Shown: positions 1-14,711, counted from the first letter of the stretch. The stretch is 64,000 bases of DNA from Octopus vulgaris (GCA_951406725.2 OX597816.1:114576001-114640000); one strand, 5' to 3'. Made by a program: numbers and translations. The notes: a model not told the origin generated them from the letters alone.

Positions 1-1269
1 TTATATGATAGTGAGACATTTGTATGTTATTAGATTTAAGTGACAACAGTTTGTATGACACTTTTGCCATTCTTTCAGTCACCATAGTAAGTTCCAGTGA
101 CAAGCATTACAAAGTGACTGCATCTTTTATGTCAGAGTATCTTTCTTCTAGAAGAGCTGCCTTCCCAATGGCATTGTCAAAAATAACTGGAGCATCCCCA
201 CCAGATGTAGTTTCATGTCATGCATGCGCATGTGCACACACACACACACACACACACACAAATTTTGCTTGTTCATAGTGTAGTGCATTTTTTGTTTTTG
301 AAAATTGAAGTGGAGGTCAGATAAAAAATAGCTGAGAAACACTGTTGTAAATGTATATATATACATATATGCAGTCCATGTAAATATAACCAACAAATAA
401 AGTGTTTTGTAACCATCAACAATTTTGACAGTGTAATCTAGTTAAGATATAATCAATTTGGTTAACATCTAGAGGTTATCTTTTTGTACCCTACAAATTC
501 AAGTTATATTTAACAAGTAAAGCTGTGGCTCTCTTGACATCTATAAGTAGTATCATTTCACTCAACAATTAGGGGCACATTTTTTCTTTTACTTCATTTC
601 CTAGTTGTGTTTTTAAACCAGTCATGCCTTTAACCTTCCTGCCTGCTGACAACATATATATTATTAGAACTTCTTTTGTTGTCTCTAAAAGGATTCAGAT
701 ACAGAAATGTGATACAGGGAATATTGTGAAATATCTTGTGCAACTCTTTAGCAAATACATTACTTTACCTTATCTTTTTAATAGATATATTGGCAGGATT
801 TCAACTTAGAATATAAAAGAACAGAACCAAATGCTAATAAGCATTTAATTTAGTGTTTTTGTCACTCTAACATCTTTAATAAATATTTATTTGTTATGCA
901 AGCTTATAAAAACAAAATAAGGCTTTATTTAATAAAGAATCAGATATGGCAAACAACTATATAATAAAACTAATATTAATTGCATTTTCTTTTGAATAGG
1001 TATGAGATTAATATTTTTGATACAATTAAGTATAGTTTATAACTGACATTTATTTCATTTGACCTGAAGGGATGAAAAACTTGATGTTAGTGGTCTTAAA
1101 CTGAAAATAAAAAAAAGAAACAAATAAGAAATTTAATTTGGAGCTCTAGCATTTCAGCTAAATTACCAACAAAATATAAATGATAATAAAGGTGTGTGTG
1201 ACTATTATGATGATCATGATGATGACAATATACTATCATCAGAGCAGAAAGTAGAAAGTAGAATATTGT

Positions 1270-3530
1270 AAGGACCAATTATTAATAAACAAATTGATAT
1301 TCTGGATTTGTAAAAATGACATAAGCCTTGTATTGGCATGTGTCAGTTATAAAGATGTCTATGATATGATTCCTCCTTCTTAGATTATAGAATGATTGTA
1401 AATGATAAGTGCAGCAGAAAATATAAGGAAACTCAAAGAAAAGCATATGAGTCACTGGAAAACAAATTCAAGATCTTCTGGGAGATTTAAGAAGTATTAA
1501 GATCAATATAAGCATTTTCCAAAATTTTGCTTTGCCCCACTTTTTTTTTATGTGGGATACTGTTAATATTAGTAGTATGAATAACAATGAAAGACATGCA
1601 GCACAGAATCATGTATCTATGGATAACTTAAAACTGTTTGCACAAAGCAGCTATAAAATGGACTCTTTAGTACAAATACTATATAGATTAAGTGAAGGCA
1701 CAGAGATAAAATTTTTGGATTTGTGAGTATGAAATATTGATTATGAGGAGAGAGAGGAAAGTAAAAAGTAATAGATTCCAATTATCTAATAACAAAGATA
1801 TAAAACAGATAGGTACAGGTAATTATGTATCATAGAGCTAGACAATAAACAAAAGTAGCATGAAGGAAATGGATACAAAGAAATAGGTCAAAATTAGAGT
1901 TAAATTCTATACTAAATGGGAAAGCTAAAACCCTTGCTATTAATGTATGTACCATATTTTTACAATTTAAAATTTTTTTTTTTATTTATTTCCTATGTTA
2001 TTTGAGTTACTTTCTTCTATTCAATGTTATCTACTTTTGATTTAGGAGAACATTACTGAAAACAAAGTTTATTTCTATTGTCTAACTCATTCAATAGTCT
2101 ACATCTTAATTTTGCATCAATCTTTCTATCTAAATTCATTTTGATATATTGATAGTAAAATAAAGAGTAGGTTAACTTGGGCTGGAAAACTCAAAAAATA
2201 ACGATCAGATATAGAGCATTACATATCATAAATGATGGTAGTACAATATATAAAAGTTGTACAAAAAAAGAAAAAAATTCTGAGGATTATTTGGTAGGGA
2301 AAAATATATATAGAAGAACGGAATTTGTGTTGCATGATACACAAAAAATGAGTGTTGAATCACTACAAGAAGGGATAAAAACAAAGAAAAAACCCCAAAA
2401 AACACTGGAATAGTCAAAGCATAACTATGTATAGCACTTGAAAAATTCAAGAAAACTTATCTTGAAGAGAGTTTGGGAGCTAATGAAAATATGTGAGCAG
2501 TGTTTTGCTTTGGCCCTTTTGTTATATGTGAGATACTGTTAATAGCAATGAAGGGCATTAAGCACAAACTCATTTACTTATGGGATACCTTAAAATTGTT
2601 TTCACAAAGCAACTGTAAAGTTTACTCGTGGGTGAAGGCATTAATTTCTTTAATTTATTGTCATTGGTAAGAAAATCATTTAAAAACTGAAGTACTGGTG
2701 TTTATAGCACAAAAACAGGCTCTAAGGATAAACTCTAGAAAATTTCCTGTAGATAAAAATACTGAGCCATCATTATGTAAGAAGTGCTACAACAAGCATG
2801 CAAGTGTGGTAGTAAATTGTCTTACAATTGATGATGTTGCATGAATTGTCCACCAGCAGAAAGTTGAATAGAGAATAAAAATAATTGATTTCAAAGTCAA
2901 AATTTTCAGGGATTTCAACAGATAAAGCAACCATATGACAGACAGTAGGAAACCAGAAATTGTTGTGGAGACAAGAAGTAATGAGTGTCATTGATAATGT
3001 AATAAACAGAAATACTGAGGCTTATGAAAATTTATGAGATTGCATGTATGTGTACATTAAAAAAATTGGTGCAATATCAGTAAAGTAGGATCTCCCACTA
3101 CTGACTTGGTCACCTAGGTATTGGAAGCTATCAACTACTTGTAGTTTTTCCCCTTGGGATGTCACAGAAGCTGTTTTCTGCACGTTTTCAGTGTTTATTG
3201 CTCCTGAGCATTTTCCACACACAAAATCTATCTTCCCAGTTAGCCTTCCTTTTGAAATTGCTGCACCTCTTATGTGTTCATAGTTTACACTGGGTACATC
3301 TTATGGAGTTTCTACCTACACCTTGTCTACAGATCAAGCAGGGCCATCAACCTGAAGGGATTTGTGATTTGTCTGCCTTCCTACTTACTAAGACTTTGGT
3401 TTTTGCTAGGTTGACTCTAAGGCCCTTAGATTATTTTTATTAAAGTAGAAATTGAAATTAAGATAAAATACTTAAAAATAAAGTTAGCTAGGGACAACTA
3501 GAATACCAAGAAGAGTTCAGAAATGGAAAA
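1270..3530 (+). mobile_element. Highly decayed R4/Dong-clade non-LTR retrotransposon (RT plus restriction-like endonuclease), interrupted by an RTE fragment
   Basis: Manual translation across stops and frameshifts gives ordered motifs: KDQLLINK..SYKDVYDMIPPS (cf. KDQLLIDK..DYKKAYDMVPHS), SMDNLKLFAQSSYKMDSLVQ (YMDD region), LNGKAKTLAIN, KTQKITIRYRALH, AQKQALRIN, VKIFRDFN..RKPEIVV (cf. ILWDF..RPDIVV) and LGTTRIPRRV (cf. LGTARILRKV). Confidence 0.8.
3085..3430 (-). mobile_element. RTE-type LINE internal fragment (post-RT region with Cys-rich insert)
   Basis: Minus-strand translation gives NLAKTKVLVSRK..WPCLICRQGVGRNSIRCTQC..THKRCS..CGKCSG..GEKLQVVDSFQYLGD, typical of RTE elements. Confidence 0.8.
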
Positions 3531-5180
3531 TACTCAACAGAATCAGCAAAAATATTTAATGACTCTAGTGTATTTTACTCTGAAACATAGAACTCTCTGG
3601 TATAACATTTTAGAACATAGTAAGGAAATGTGATGATGTTAATAGTCTCAAAATTAAGCACAAATTTGAGAAGGCAGTTAGTCAATTAAACTGGCACAAG
3701 AGCTTGACTGGCATTTATCTTATTGATCCTGGAAGAACAAAAGGCAAGGGGAACTCAGTAAGAGTTGAACTCAGACTGTAAAGAGCAATAACTAAATACT
3801 ACCAAGCATTTTGTTCAACAGTCTAATGGTTCTTCGAAAAATTTTCTGCCATTCTACATTTCTACATTGTACTATTCCAAAACTAAGATTGATACTGCTG
3901 CCAACGTTTGAGCCATTAACCCTATTATCTTTAGCTAAGTAACCTGCCAAGAAATCTCAGTCACGACATTGCCTTTTAATTAACTCTTCCTCAAAGCTAC
4001 TGCTACATTCAAAGTTAAAAGCAATAGATTAATTTCCGTAAACTTTTAAAGGCAGACACCCAACTGAAATACTGACTTGAAAGAAACTTTCAACAATAAT
4101 CCATTTATGACACTGACAGAATAAGGCATTTAGTTGTTAATCTAGATACTTCTATTATTAATTTTTGTATTTTTAACATTTGTTTTTCCACACCCCATAC
4201 CCTTTATTTTATTTGCCATACTGTTGATAAGTCTTGAAATGTCATGAAGAATTCTCTTTTTCCTTCTTTCTCTCTCTCACTCAAATCTCCTCAATCTCCA
4301 TTGTCTGTTTGTTATAGATTTATGTAGTTCTCTAGCTGTTGGTAGCTGAAAACTTGAAGTGTTTTAGAATCTACTGACTGTTATTAATACATCTGTTCTC
4401 ATGGAGACTGAAAAGCAGTCAGAATTACAAATCATTTATGGATTACTGAAGAACTTGTCTTCAATTTAGTCAAAATAGACTATCTGACAATGAGATCAAG
4501 AAATATTGAAGCTTTATAAAGCTGTGTTAATCAAAATCTTAAGAAAATTGAAATAAAAATGAAAATAGCAAAAATAAAAACAGAAACAAATGTATCACAC
4601 ACACATATACACACAGATAGAAAGGGTTGTACTTTTAAATTACAAATTTTATCACGCAAAACTGGGAGGAATATTGAACAATTTGAAAAAGTGTCAGGAA
4701 AAGAGAGAATATTTACCTTTCTACTACTACTTTTAGTATAGAATTATTTCTTTGTATTTACTTGCATATGCACACGTATAGACTGCAGTGGTGTGAAACT
4801 TGAGTCAAGAGACAAAGGTTCAGTTTCAATAAAAGAATATCCTCTACAGCATGTATTGAGAACTCTTCTCTCCTTCATCTAACATCAACCAATGTATGTA
4901 CATGTGTGTATGCCACAAACTCTCTTTCAATTGCCTGTGTGCTTACATGCCACCAATCACATTGAATTATCATATCTCTCTTCACTTTTGTTCTATTTAT
5001 GCAAATTACTTATGGCTATAAATGTTCATTTGATTACTTATTTGGTTAACGATGATTTTATTTAATGCTAGTATGGGTTAGACAGGGAATTATTTGAGAC
5101 AATATGTTACAGCCTAACACTCTTTCTGTTGCCAACCCTTTGCAGTTTTTCAAGCAAGGGAGTTTTTATTCAAGAAGTTT

Positions 5181-5410
5181 CCTATTTCTTTATTGCCTAC
5201 AAGGGGCTAAACACAGAGAGAACAAAGGACAGACAAATGGATTAAGTCGATTATATCGACCCGAATGCATAACTAGTACTTATTTAATCGACCCCGAAAG
5301 GATGAAAGGCAAAGTCGACCTCGGCGGAATATGAACTCAGAATGTAGTGGCAGACGAAATACCGGTAAGCATTTCGCCTGGCGTGCTAACGATTCTGCCA
5401 GCTCACTGTC
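5181..5410 (-). mobile_element. SINE family B copy (tRNA-like head, central GTCGACTTTGCCTTTCATCCTTTCGGGGTCGAT domain)
   Basis: Closely matches copies at 28398, 30980, 36122 and 36665 in this window. Confidence 0.85.
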
Positions 5411-8400
5411 TTATGCCGTATCCAAAAACACAGGAACAACAACCAGTCATAATCTCAACAAGGAATGTCAACATCATCTTCATGTCATTCAAACAGTGAC
5501 AAGCGTGGACTGTTAACAGTCATGCACGTACACACAATGTACTTCTTGCAGTTTCTGTTGGCCTAGAGCTACTGAACTTAAAACCATGTGGTTGAGAATC
5601 AAACTTTTTTTGTATATATTAAAACCTTATGTTGGCTAAAATCATGGCTGGACAACTGCTCTGTTGATGGCTCTCATTGAGGCAGAAACACATGCTCACA
5701 GCTATCCGATTGTTTCCCCTCCCCTCCCATAAAAAGAAAAAAAATTCACTGTTCCTGAAGAATGGCAAGTCAATTCAAAAAAGTTCTTTATTCTTGAGAT
5801 TATAGCATCTCATTCAAAGCCAGTCACAACTGCCATCAGGCATTTGTTTGTCTCTCAAATCAAGAATTTATCTCATATGGTATTTAATATATCTTTATTG
5901 ATTATTGTTGCTCAAATTCATGCTATTTCTCTCAAGTAGTTTCTGTCCTATGTCAGTATGTGTGTTAATGTTTTTGTACTAAAATACATTTCTTTTATTT
6001 CATTGTTCTTTTTTCTTTGTTTTCTAACTTCAGGTTATGACTGGCCTTAGAGATTTACCAAAAATACAATGGAATTAAAAGAAATAAAGAAAATCAAGAT
6101 CAAATTTTGTTGCTGTCTTTCTTTTTATCTATATTTCTAAACTAACGAAGGTAATACTTAAACATCTATAATTCATCATTTTTTTTTTTTAACAGAACTG
6201 AACGAACTAGACAGTAATGAGACTTACCATGTGATGGTGAAAATATTTAATTTCACTAATTTCATTTGAAGCTACATTTATTTTTTGTAAATGTCCTCCT
6301 TCCCTGCCTCTGTAACTCAAGTAATCTAATTTTTTTTTTACTGTATATGAAAGAGAACTCCAGACAGGTTTTGATATTATTATTATCAGCAAGGTATAGC
6401 TGACAGAACTGCTAAGTAAATGTAGAATGCATATTTTCTTCTCTCCAGTGGTTAGTGATTGTTCTCTTTACACACACACACACATGCATATCAAGAAGAA
6501 GTTGAGCTAAAAGACAATGGATTATTCCTTGTTAGAGTTCTGATTGATGGTGAACTTCACTATACCTTGGTGACTTCAAGGAAATGTAAAAACATTAAAC
6601 TAGATGCATTGCAATGTTGGTTCTAGATCACAGCATCCTGATTCAGATTTTGCCATAAGCTACGTAGGTGCTAGACTTAACCTGGTACCTGCTTTAATGC
6701 CACTGCCTGGCACCTCGGGCACTTTTAGTGGAGTTCTCTCTGTTGCCAGCCTTCAGTTCCTGGTTTTGCCAAGTTCCTAGTTTCAGGATACCTCACTCCA
6801 TAACTTCCACAGAGTTACCCTTCTACAAAGTTCTGCTCACAAAGTGGGTATCAGTTACCTGGAGTATATAGTAAAAGTCACTCAAAATGTTGGGCAATGA
6901 TTCAGAACCTATTACATGAACTCCATACCTGTACTCATGTCACATGCTCAGGTGTAACAAATGTAAAGAAATTTTGAAATTAGTCACATAGTGGAGGGTT
7001 TCAAAGTAGAATAATTTTAGTTCATGTGAAATACTAGGTTATTGATTGTGAAGACCGTTTTAATAGTTCCAGTTACAGCCATATAAATGCTAGTATAAAA
7101 TTTGCATGATGCAATTTACTCAACTGGCATACTGCTAATGAACCAATTCTTTTAGTATAAGACACTAACCTGTCAATTTTGATTGTGCCGTTACAATTCC
7201 ACAAATAATGCAACACTTCATACATTTGTTAATATACTTTTCTTTTGTGTAATTCATATTAAATGTTCATAAAAGAATTTACTATAAGATGCAGTTCAAG
7301 CACAAAAGAACCTCATATTCAAATAGACAAGTGAAATAAGTTAGATGAGAAACTTGTAGTAGAATGTTAGTTAACAAATCTGGTAATACATTGAAAAGAC
7401 TCATTAATTCTTTGACTAAAACAATAAATAATAAATGACTGATTTATGGAAAAAAATAAATACTAATTGCTTTTCATCATATTGTTTAAGGATGTTAAAT
7501 TGTTGCAGTCAGATCTATTGAAGTAAAGTGAAAGTAGGTTGTATTTCATTTTGCAGCAGTGATTATATTTTTTGATGTAAATTTTAAGGGAATATGTTGA
7601 TGGGAACAAGGATTTGAACTGCTGTGAATAATAGTATTGGCTCATATTTCATTTTTTTAGGACTCAATACAAATATTACATTACCTATGTACCAGTTTCA
7701 CTCATTATGTAATTCTCTTTAATTTTTGCTCACAAATATAGATGAAATTTTACTTCTAGTCTTGGCTAAATTTTAAATATTTTTATAGACAGATATCTTT
7801 CTCATCAATATATCTTAAAGATGAAGAAAAACTTAAGCAATAATGTCTCCTGCCTAAAAAAACTCAGTTATCTAACCCAATTTAAATGGCTTAAAATCTC
7901 ACCCTTGTAACTGAAAAATAGTTTACCTATAAAGAGTCAATTCACTTTCTTTTGTAATAGCTTTTCCAAACTACAATCAAATAAGTTAATTATAAGGAGC
8001 AGGTTCTTTATTTTAATATGAATTTCTTGAAAGGTAAACACAGTCAACCACCATTCTAACTTATTGTTTTATTAGTTTCAACTTCTTCAACCCTAGTTAA
8101 AACCGAAACAGAGTTTTATTTTTTCATCTCGTACAGAAAGAAATGTTTAATAGATCCCACCTATCCAAATTGTAAAATAATTTCAGCTCCATCATTAATC
8201 ACAATCAAAATTTCTATCATAATGGAAAAGAAAATAATAAATTTTAAATTCAAAACCTATTGTATATTCTTTGTCAATGTAAATAATAGAGAGAACACTG
8301 TTTGAAGATGTTGAATAAAGATAAGGCAAGAAGAATAGAATAGAAAAAAAAAAATGAAACAAAGAAATATTTACAAAAGAAACTATTTCTTGTCAGTGAA

Positions 8401-8588
8401 TATAGCTTTGGCTATCTGCAGTACTGAATATGGATTATTCCAGATATTTAAAAGCTGTGTCACCTTAGCATTCACTTTACTGGATTATTTTCTTTAAGGG
8501 TTTTCAATAAAATGAAATTCATGCTAATCTCAACGCATTGAATTTGTTTCTATTTCTACTATTGAAAATTGAGAGATACATGGGTTAA

Positions 8589-8833
8589 CCCTTCCATTAC
8601 CAAACCAGCTGAAACTGGCTCTAGCTCTGTAATACATGTCTTGTTTCCATAAGTTTTGAATAAAAATCTTCCATCAAACCTTACTCACAATTTATGTTCC
8701 TTACACTAGCTTAATGATAACTAAATTATTTTACTAAATTCATTGTTATATTTTAAATAATTGAAAAAAACAACAACAAAAAAACAAAAACAAAAACACA
8801 GAGCATCTCAAAATAAATACGGTAATGAAAGGG
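8589..8833. mobile_element. piggyBac-like MITE
   Basis: TTAA at 8585-8588 and 8834-8837. Termini are CCCTTCCATTACC and GGTAATGAAAGGG. A diverged relative lies near 59727-59945. Confidence 0.8.
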
Positions 8834-11191
8834 TTAAAATACTATAATTCATAGGCTGAATTATAGGTGCTCAGACTCTACAACCTATGAGTCAACTTTC
8901 TGTGTCTTTTATTATTACAACACAGGTTCCTCAGAGAATAAAGATTTAATCATTCTCGAAAACCAATCTACTTCATTTAACTATTGTATACCCCTAATAT
9001 ATGACTTTTTCCAAAGACCTACATTAATTACTCTGCCCAAATATACTTCTCAAGAACTACAGTGCTTTACTGATTCTTACCAGTTCACTCACTAAACTCT
9101 GGCTTTCTTGTAAACAATACCAAGTTTAATCTTACCAAAAGTCTTATAAAAAAATGCAGAACCTAATAGACATATAACCAAACCTTTTCTGTCCTAAACA
9201 ACCATGTGCACACACACACACACAACTATTTACACAACAGATATAATATGAAGGGCAGTCAGGCAATAAAACAAGCAATACATACAGATATAGTGGCATA
9301 AACTATGTGTGTGTGTGTGTGTATTTTACAGATTTAAAGTTTGGGCTAAGAAACTACACTTTTGCTAGTTCCTTTAAGACAGATCCTTTAAGACAGGATA
9401 TTTTGAACCTGTAAATGTTGGAAACACAGGTGAATTATTTCAAAATATTTCCATGTTATTCCAACATTTAAAACAAATTTAATCCATAACAATCAAACTA
9501 ATTTCTCCATGATATATATTTATTGTCAAAGAATTACAGGTAGATAGTGTAATTGAAGAACATCTATGTTAAGTAAAATGCATATGTATAAAAGTAAAAA
9601 AAAATTGCTTCATAATCTATTTTTAAAAATGCATACACACTTACTACAATAATATATACATGTAAATAAGCAAATATTTACATATATATTTTCTTAATAA
9701 TATTATTAATTGAATAATATTAAGTGAATAAATACCTAATTAAACCAAGAATAATAGTTTTGTAAAAGTTTGTTAATAAATGCAATCTTTAAATGATACA
9801 TTTGCAGGTGTACACATAATTACATGTAAACAACAAATGTTTGCAAATATTTTAAATATAAAATAGTAGCTATCTTAATACACACATATTCATGTTTTTT
9901 ATATAAGCATTTTTATATGATCTTATATATATATATATCTAGATGCATGCAAGTGCATGTCAGGTGAGGTTAAGTCAACTAAGCAAACACTTAAAAAAAA
10001 GAAAATTTGGGAGTAAGGGCACATTTTGGTATACAGCTTTTGACAAAGTTACGGAAAATGAAATGGTACTGCATAGGAAATAAATGTAAGCTGTTTATTT
10101 TTGGTAGTCAATTGTTAGTAAGGAAGCAATGTAATCAAGGAATGAGGAATCAGATGTATGTATAAATGTACAGGTAATATGGAAGTTTTAGAATATTAAA
10201 AGAAGATTCCCTATGATATATAAATTGCTAGATATCAATCAGAAATGAACCAGGTATTCTTAAGGAAGGAAAAGAAGAAGGCAATTCACCAATGGAAAAT
10301 AATGTAGAGTCATGATGTGCTTCATGTCTTAAGTCTTTCCAGTTAGTCACATAATATTTAGTTAGGTAGGATTTAAACAGCTTTTTTAAATAAATATATA
10401 TTTCATGAGAATATTTTCCCTGCTTTGGTGGAAGTCCAGTACAAACAAGGTTATGTTGATGCAAATAGAGCTAATGACTTAATAATTAAATATCTTCTGT
10501 GTTGTAAAGTCAATGATTGAAAAAGCAATTATTTGTATAATGCATAATGTTTAGTATTAATCCGTACAGTTTATCATATAAATATTACAGTTCATTTGAA
10601 TAAATGACACTTCATAGTTTGCCTTTATATTGTTTAGAGGTGGTGCAGCTTCTAAACAAGAGATAAAACATAGAACCTCTAAACATTTGAAGATACTAAA
10701 GAAAATGAAGCAGTCCATAGAATCTGCACATAGAATAGAACTTCCCCAAACTGGCCCAAGCTTCCCTTATATAATTCTGATTAACTTAAATACTTATTTT
10801 ATGTACTCCTATGTGGCATTATAACTATATACAAGACTATGTTGAAGTTGCCAAGTATGTACTTTCACGATAACAATATCCAGAGTTTTGGTGTGTGCCA
10901 AAATGATATTTTATGATTAGCTTATTGAGTTCTCTTTTTTATCAAGTGCTTCCTAAAAATTACAGTTAAAAACTCTCCATGTCAAGGCTCAAGAATATTT
11001 TCAACACAATATAAAGTAGCAAGCTGAAACTTCAAATTTTACTACCTCACTAGTTATTATAGCTTAAATGGAGGTATTCTTTGAAGCATCAAATTGTATT
11101 GTTGAAAGAAAATGAACTGGTTAGCCAATAGCAAGTTAGTCAAACAATGCCAACACTCTAATCATACCAATGGATGTTGATGTAGTCATTT

Positions 11192-11705
11192 TAGTAGATC
11201 CTCGACTATAATTCAAATTTTTTTCCCCAGATTTAAAGGTCAGAATCCCTAGTACGTACTATATACGAGGTTAAAAATGAAAATTATTTTCTAAGCAATG
11301 TCCGAGTCTCTATTTGCTCTCCGGCAATGTTTATTCAGTTGCATTTTGTGATGTTGGGCGCGAAAATACCTTAAGCTAAACTTGAAAGCAATGAAGTCAT
11401 AAAAGAATCATCCATAACTTGCAATAAGCAACACTTATTAAACGTTATTACTGTTATTTCTTTATTTTCAGCAAACAAAATGCACAAAAAAGCTACACGT
11501 TTGCATTATGTTATATATACAATAATAATAAAGGACGTTACTGTATACAGTTTTACAAACCAAGGACGTTATATAGACCTCCTTGACTCAAGTTAGAGAA
11601 GGGGTGCATATTATACACAAGGTTTAGGTTTTTCAGAGGTACAGCCCCCTAAAAATCCCCTGTGTATTATACTCAAGGGTGGACTATACTCGAAGATTCA
11701 CAGTA
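11192..11705. mobile_element. Non-autonomous Tc1/mariner-superfamily (pogo/Tc2-like) element
   Basis: Imperfect TIRs TAGTAGATCCTCGACTATAAT and ACTATACTCGAAGATTCACAGTA, subterminal TATTATAC repeats, no ORF. Confidence 0.6.
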
Positions 11706-12821
11706 TTAGTGATACCTTGAAACTACTAATTAGGCAACTTTGACATCATCATAAATATAACTAGATGGTTGTGTGTTGTACAATATTTACATATACATAT
11801 GAATAATACCTTACTGAAGTATGATAATTTATAATTGTTTTGTTTATACTGAGAACTTGTTGACCGATTAGTTCCAGGAAGTTCTCCATCAGCAGATTTT
11901 ATAGATCTAGTTATTTTCTGAAAGAGAGGTTGTGTTTTTATTCAAATGAACTTTAATATTTATGAAATAAATGTTTTCTACTAAATATCATTCAGTGTGA
12001 AAATGTTTATTGAGTTATAATTGCTACAAAAAAGTCATTACTTGTTTTTCCAGCACTGTAAAATATTCTCACAAAGTATATTTGTCCTTAAAAATAGATT
12101 AGGGTATTCCTTATTTTAATTCTCATGCAAGAATTGAAAAAAAAAAAAGAAAAAAAAGAGCAGACAAATCAACTTGTTTGATAAAATTAAGATGGTTTTT
12201 AATCTTTTTTTAACATGACCAACATAATTTTTTTTACTTGCTCTGTTTGGAGTGGAGGAAGGAACAGTGCCCAGGACATTTGCAATCCCACAAAAAGAAA
12301 TAATAAAGGAAAAGATTTCAAAATAACCAATATTCTAGAGAGGCAGGAAAGAGCAAAGTGGTTAGTGCAGAGGAAAAAGGGAGGAGAGAAGAGAGGGTTG
12401 GGGGAGCTTGAGTAGAGTGATAGAAAACACAGAAAAGACAGCACACCTGTAAGCCAGAGGCTGGAATGAGCTTGTTTGTTGGTGACTTAATGCCAATTCT
12501 AAAGCAGCCTAAAGAGGTCTATATATAAAGAAACCAATTATATTGAATGTACAATGTAAATTGGGTGTATCTGTATGCCAAGTTTCAACTATACTGAAAG
12601 TGATGCTGTTATTTTGCTACTTTACTGGGTGATCAGTCATGGAATCATTCTCTAGTCATATATCATTAAAATCTTTCATTTGCAAGTATTCCCATATAGA
12701 TGAAAATTTTTCACCTATCTTATTATACAAGGCAGTTTTTCAGGAAGCTGTTTTGCAATTGGAGTTATGAGATTTTGACTTTTTAAAGTATTCATTTAAA
12801 GTTTGTCTTATTCTCAATAGC

Positions 12822-14681
12822 ATGTCAATAATAATGAAACATCTATATCAACAGAGATTTCAAAAAGGTTTGCTTACGATGCCACCATTTAGCAAGTTTC
12901 AGCAGATCAGTTTGAAGTACATAGTAAATCTTTGTAGATGCACTGTCATTGCAAGATATTCTATTTTAGTAACCCATTACAAAAGAAACAGAAAAATTCC
13001 CTTTAAAACAATTCATGCTTCTAGTTTGAAGGGGAAATGTAATGAAACCTTCTAGTGATGTATATTTGTTGCCATGCTTCATCTAACATTTGTGTAATTC
13101 AGTAAATTTGTACTAAAATAAAATACCAGATTCCAATAGTTTGAAAGTGAACTGCAATGTCCCAAATGTACAAAAATTGTAGCTTCCTCTACACTTGGAT
13201 CAAGATTGGATTTCTGAAGAAGGAACTGGAAACTTTACTCTTCTATAGGGTTCATCCAATGATATCAGAGCAAGCGAGCAAGCTTCTGAAAACAATTATA
13301 TTACATTTCATTAACTATTAAAAAAATTATACATATCTTGATTGGGTAGTTTTACAAAAATCTTATGCAAATGGAATTGTAGACGTTTTTAAAAGCAAAA
13401 GCTAGAAGCAAAGAAAATAAATATTATATAAGAATCTGTTGGTAATTAGAACAATGTCATTGCCATAGTAGGTGTTAACAATAGTATCTAACAGAAGTCC
13501 TATTATTACAACTGCTTAGATATGTGAAAACATTTTTGGCAATTAATATTATATCCTACTTATACTGATTGAACTCTCTACTTGTATTCTCTAGAAAATT
13601 AAAACATTTCAGCAGAAACTTATTAATTAATTTTCTTATTCTTTCAACTAGACAAATTAATTATAACCAGATATACCTTGCTATTTATATATAAAAAAAA
13701 TTCATTGTACAAGATGAAATCCCTGTGCATAATTTTGAATCAGTGGTTTGTGATACAAGCTCACATTAAAATTATGTGTTCAATATATGAAAGGTATTAA
13801 TTAAAAGAATATGCTTTATTTTAAAATTTTTACACTCAGTTTTAAAGCTTGTTTAAGAAGTTAAACTTGAGTCAAATTTAGTTATTGACAAAGTTTTACA
13901 ATTTGATTAAATCCACTGGAATTGTCTTACTGCAAAACAGACCCTACTGATCTTGACTGGAGAATTTTGGGATCCAAACTCTAATCTTGGACAGAGATTT
14001 GAAAGAAAAATAGTGGAAAAGATGCCGAAGAATATAACTAATGATGAAGGAAAATATACCAGGAAACTCTCAAAATTTTCTTTTCTGTGTTTGCAAACAG
14101 CTTAAACAACAATTTCCAGAAAATTTTGAAATATTGAAGAAAATTGAATGTATTTCTGTTAAAAAATATTTTGTGAAATGTAAATGAACCAATTATTCCA
14201 ATTTTGAAATCAATGAAATTAAGTGATGATGATATAGCAATTGCTGAATAATGATATAATAGCATTCATCTAGATGAATGGATCAATATTACCAATATAT
14301 AAAAATTTGACAACATTTATTACAAAGATGCTACTGGAAGAAATCCCCTCAGAGATGTTGCAACATTTGTTCTTAATCACTTAACAGTACACAGTTCAAA
14401 TACTGAAGCAGAAAGATTACGCAAAATGTGAATGTTATCAAAACAAAATGAAAGAAATCAGACAATGTTCAATATTTGGAGTCATTCTCTTTCTAGAATA
14501 TAACCTAAAACAGCATGATAAATGCTGCAAAAATTGTTTATATAAAGCAACACTAAACAAAACTGGCTTGGTAGACACATATCTAGCTCAGAAACAAAAT
14601 AGCAATCCTGGAAATACTGAGAGTTTCAATGATTTAGAAGATTTATTAGTTACCGTTTCAGATATATTACCAAAAATGTAA
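12822..14681 (+). mobile_element. Decayed, near full-length hAT transposase
   Basis: Ordered remnants: zinc-finger-like HLYQQRFQK..CRCTVIARYSILVTH, then PKCTKIV, FTLL*GSSNDI (cf. FSLLIDESTDI), NLLVIRT..VGVNNS (cf. GIGTDNASVMVGINNG), and the dimerisation domain YKDATGRNPLRDVATFVL..HSSNTEAERL..NVIKTK..KCCKN. Many stops and frameshifts. Confidence 0.8.
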
Positions 14682-14711
14682 TTTCTATTATTCTTTTAAA
14701 ATAAAGTAACT

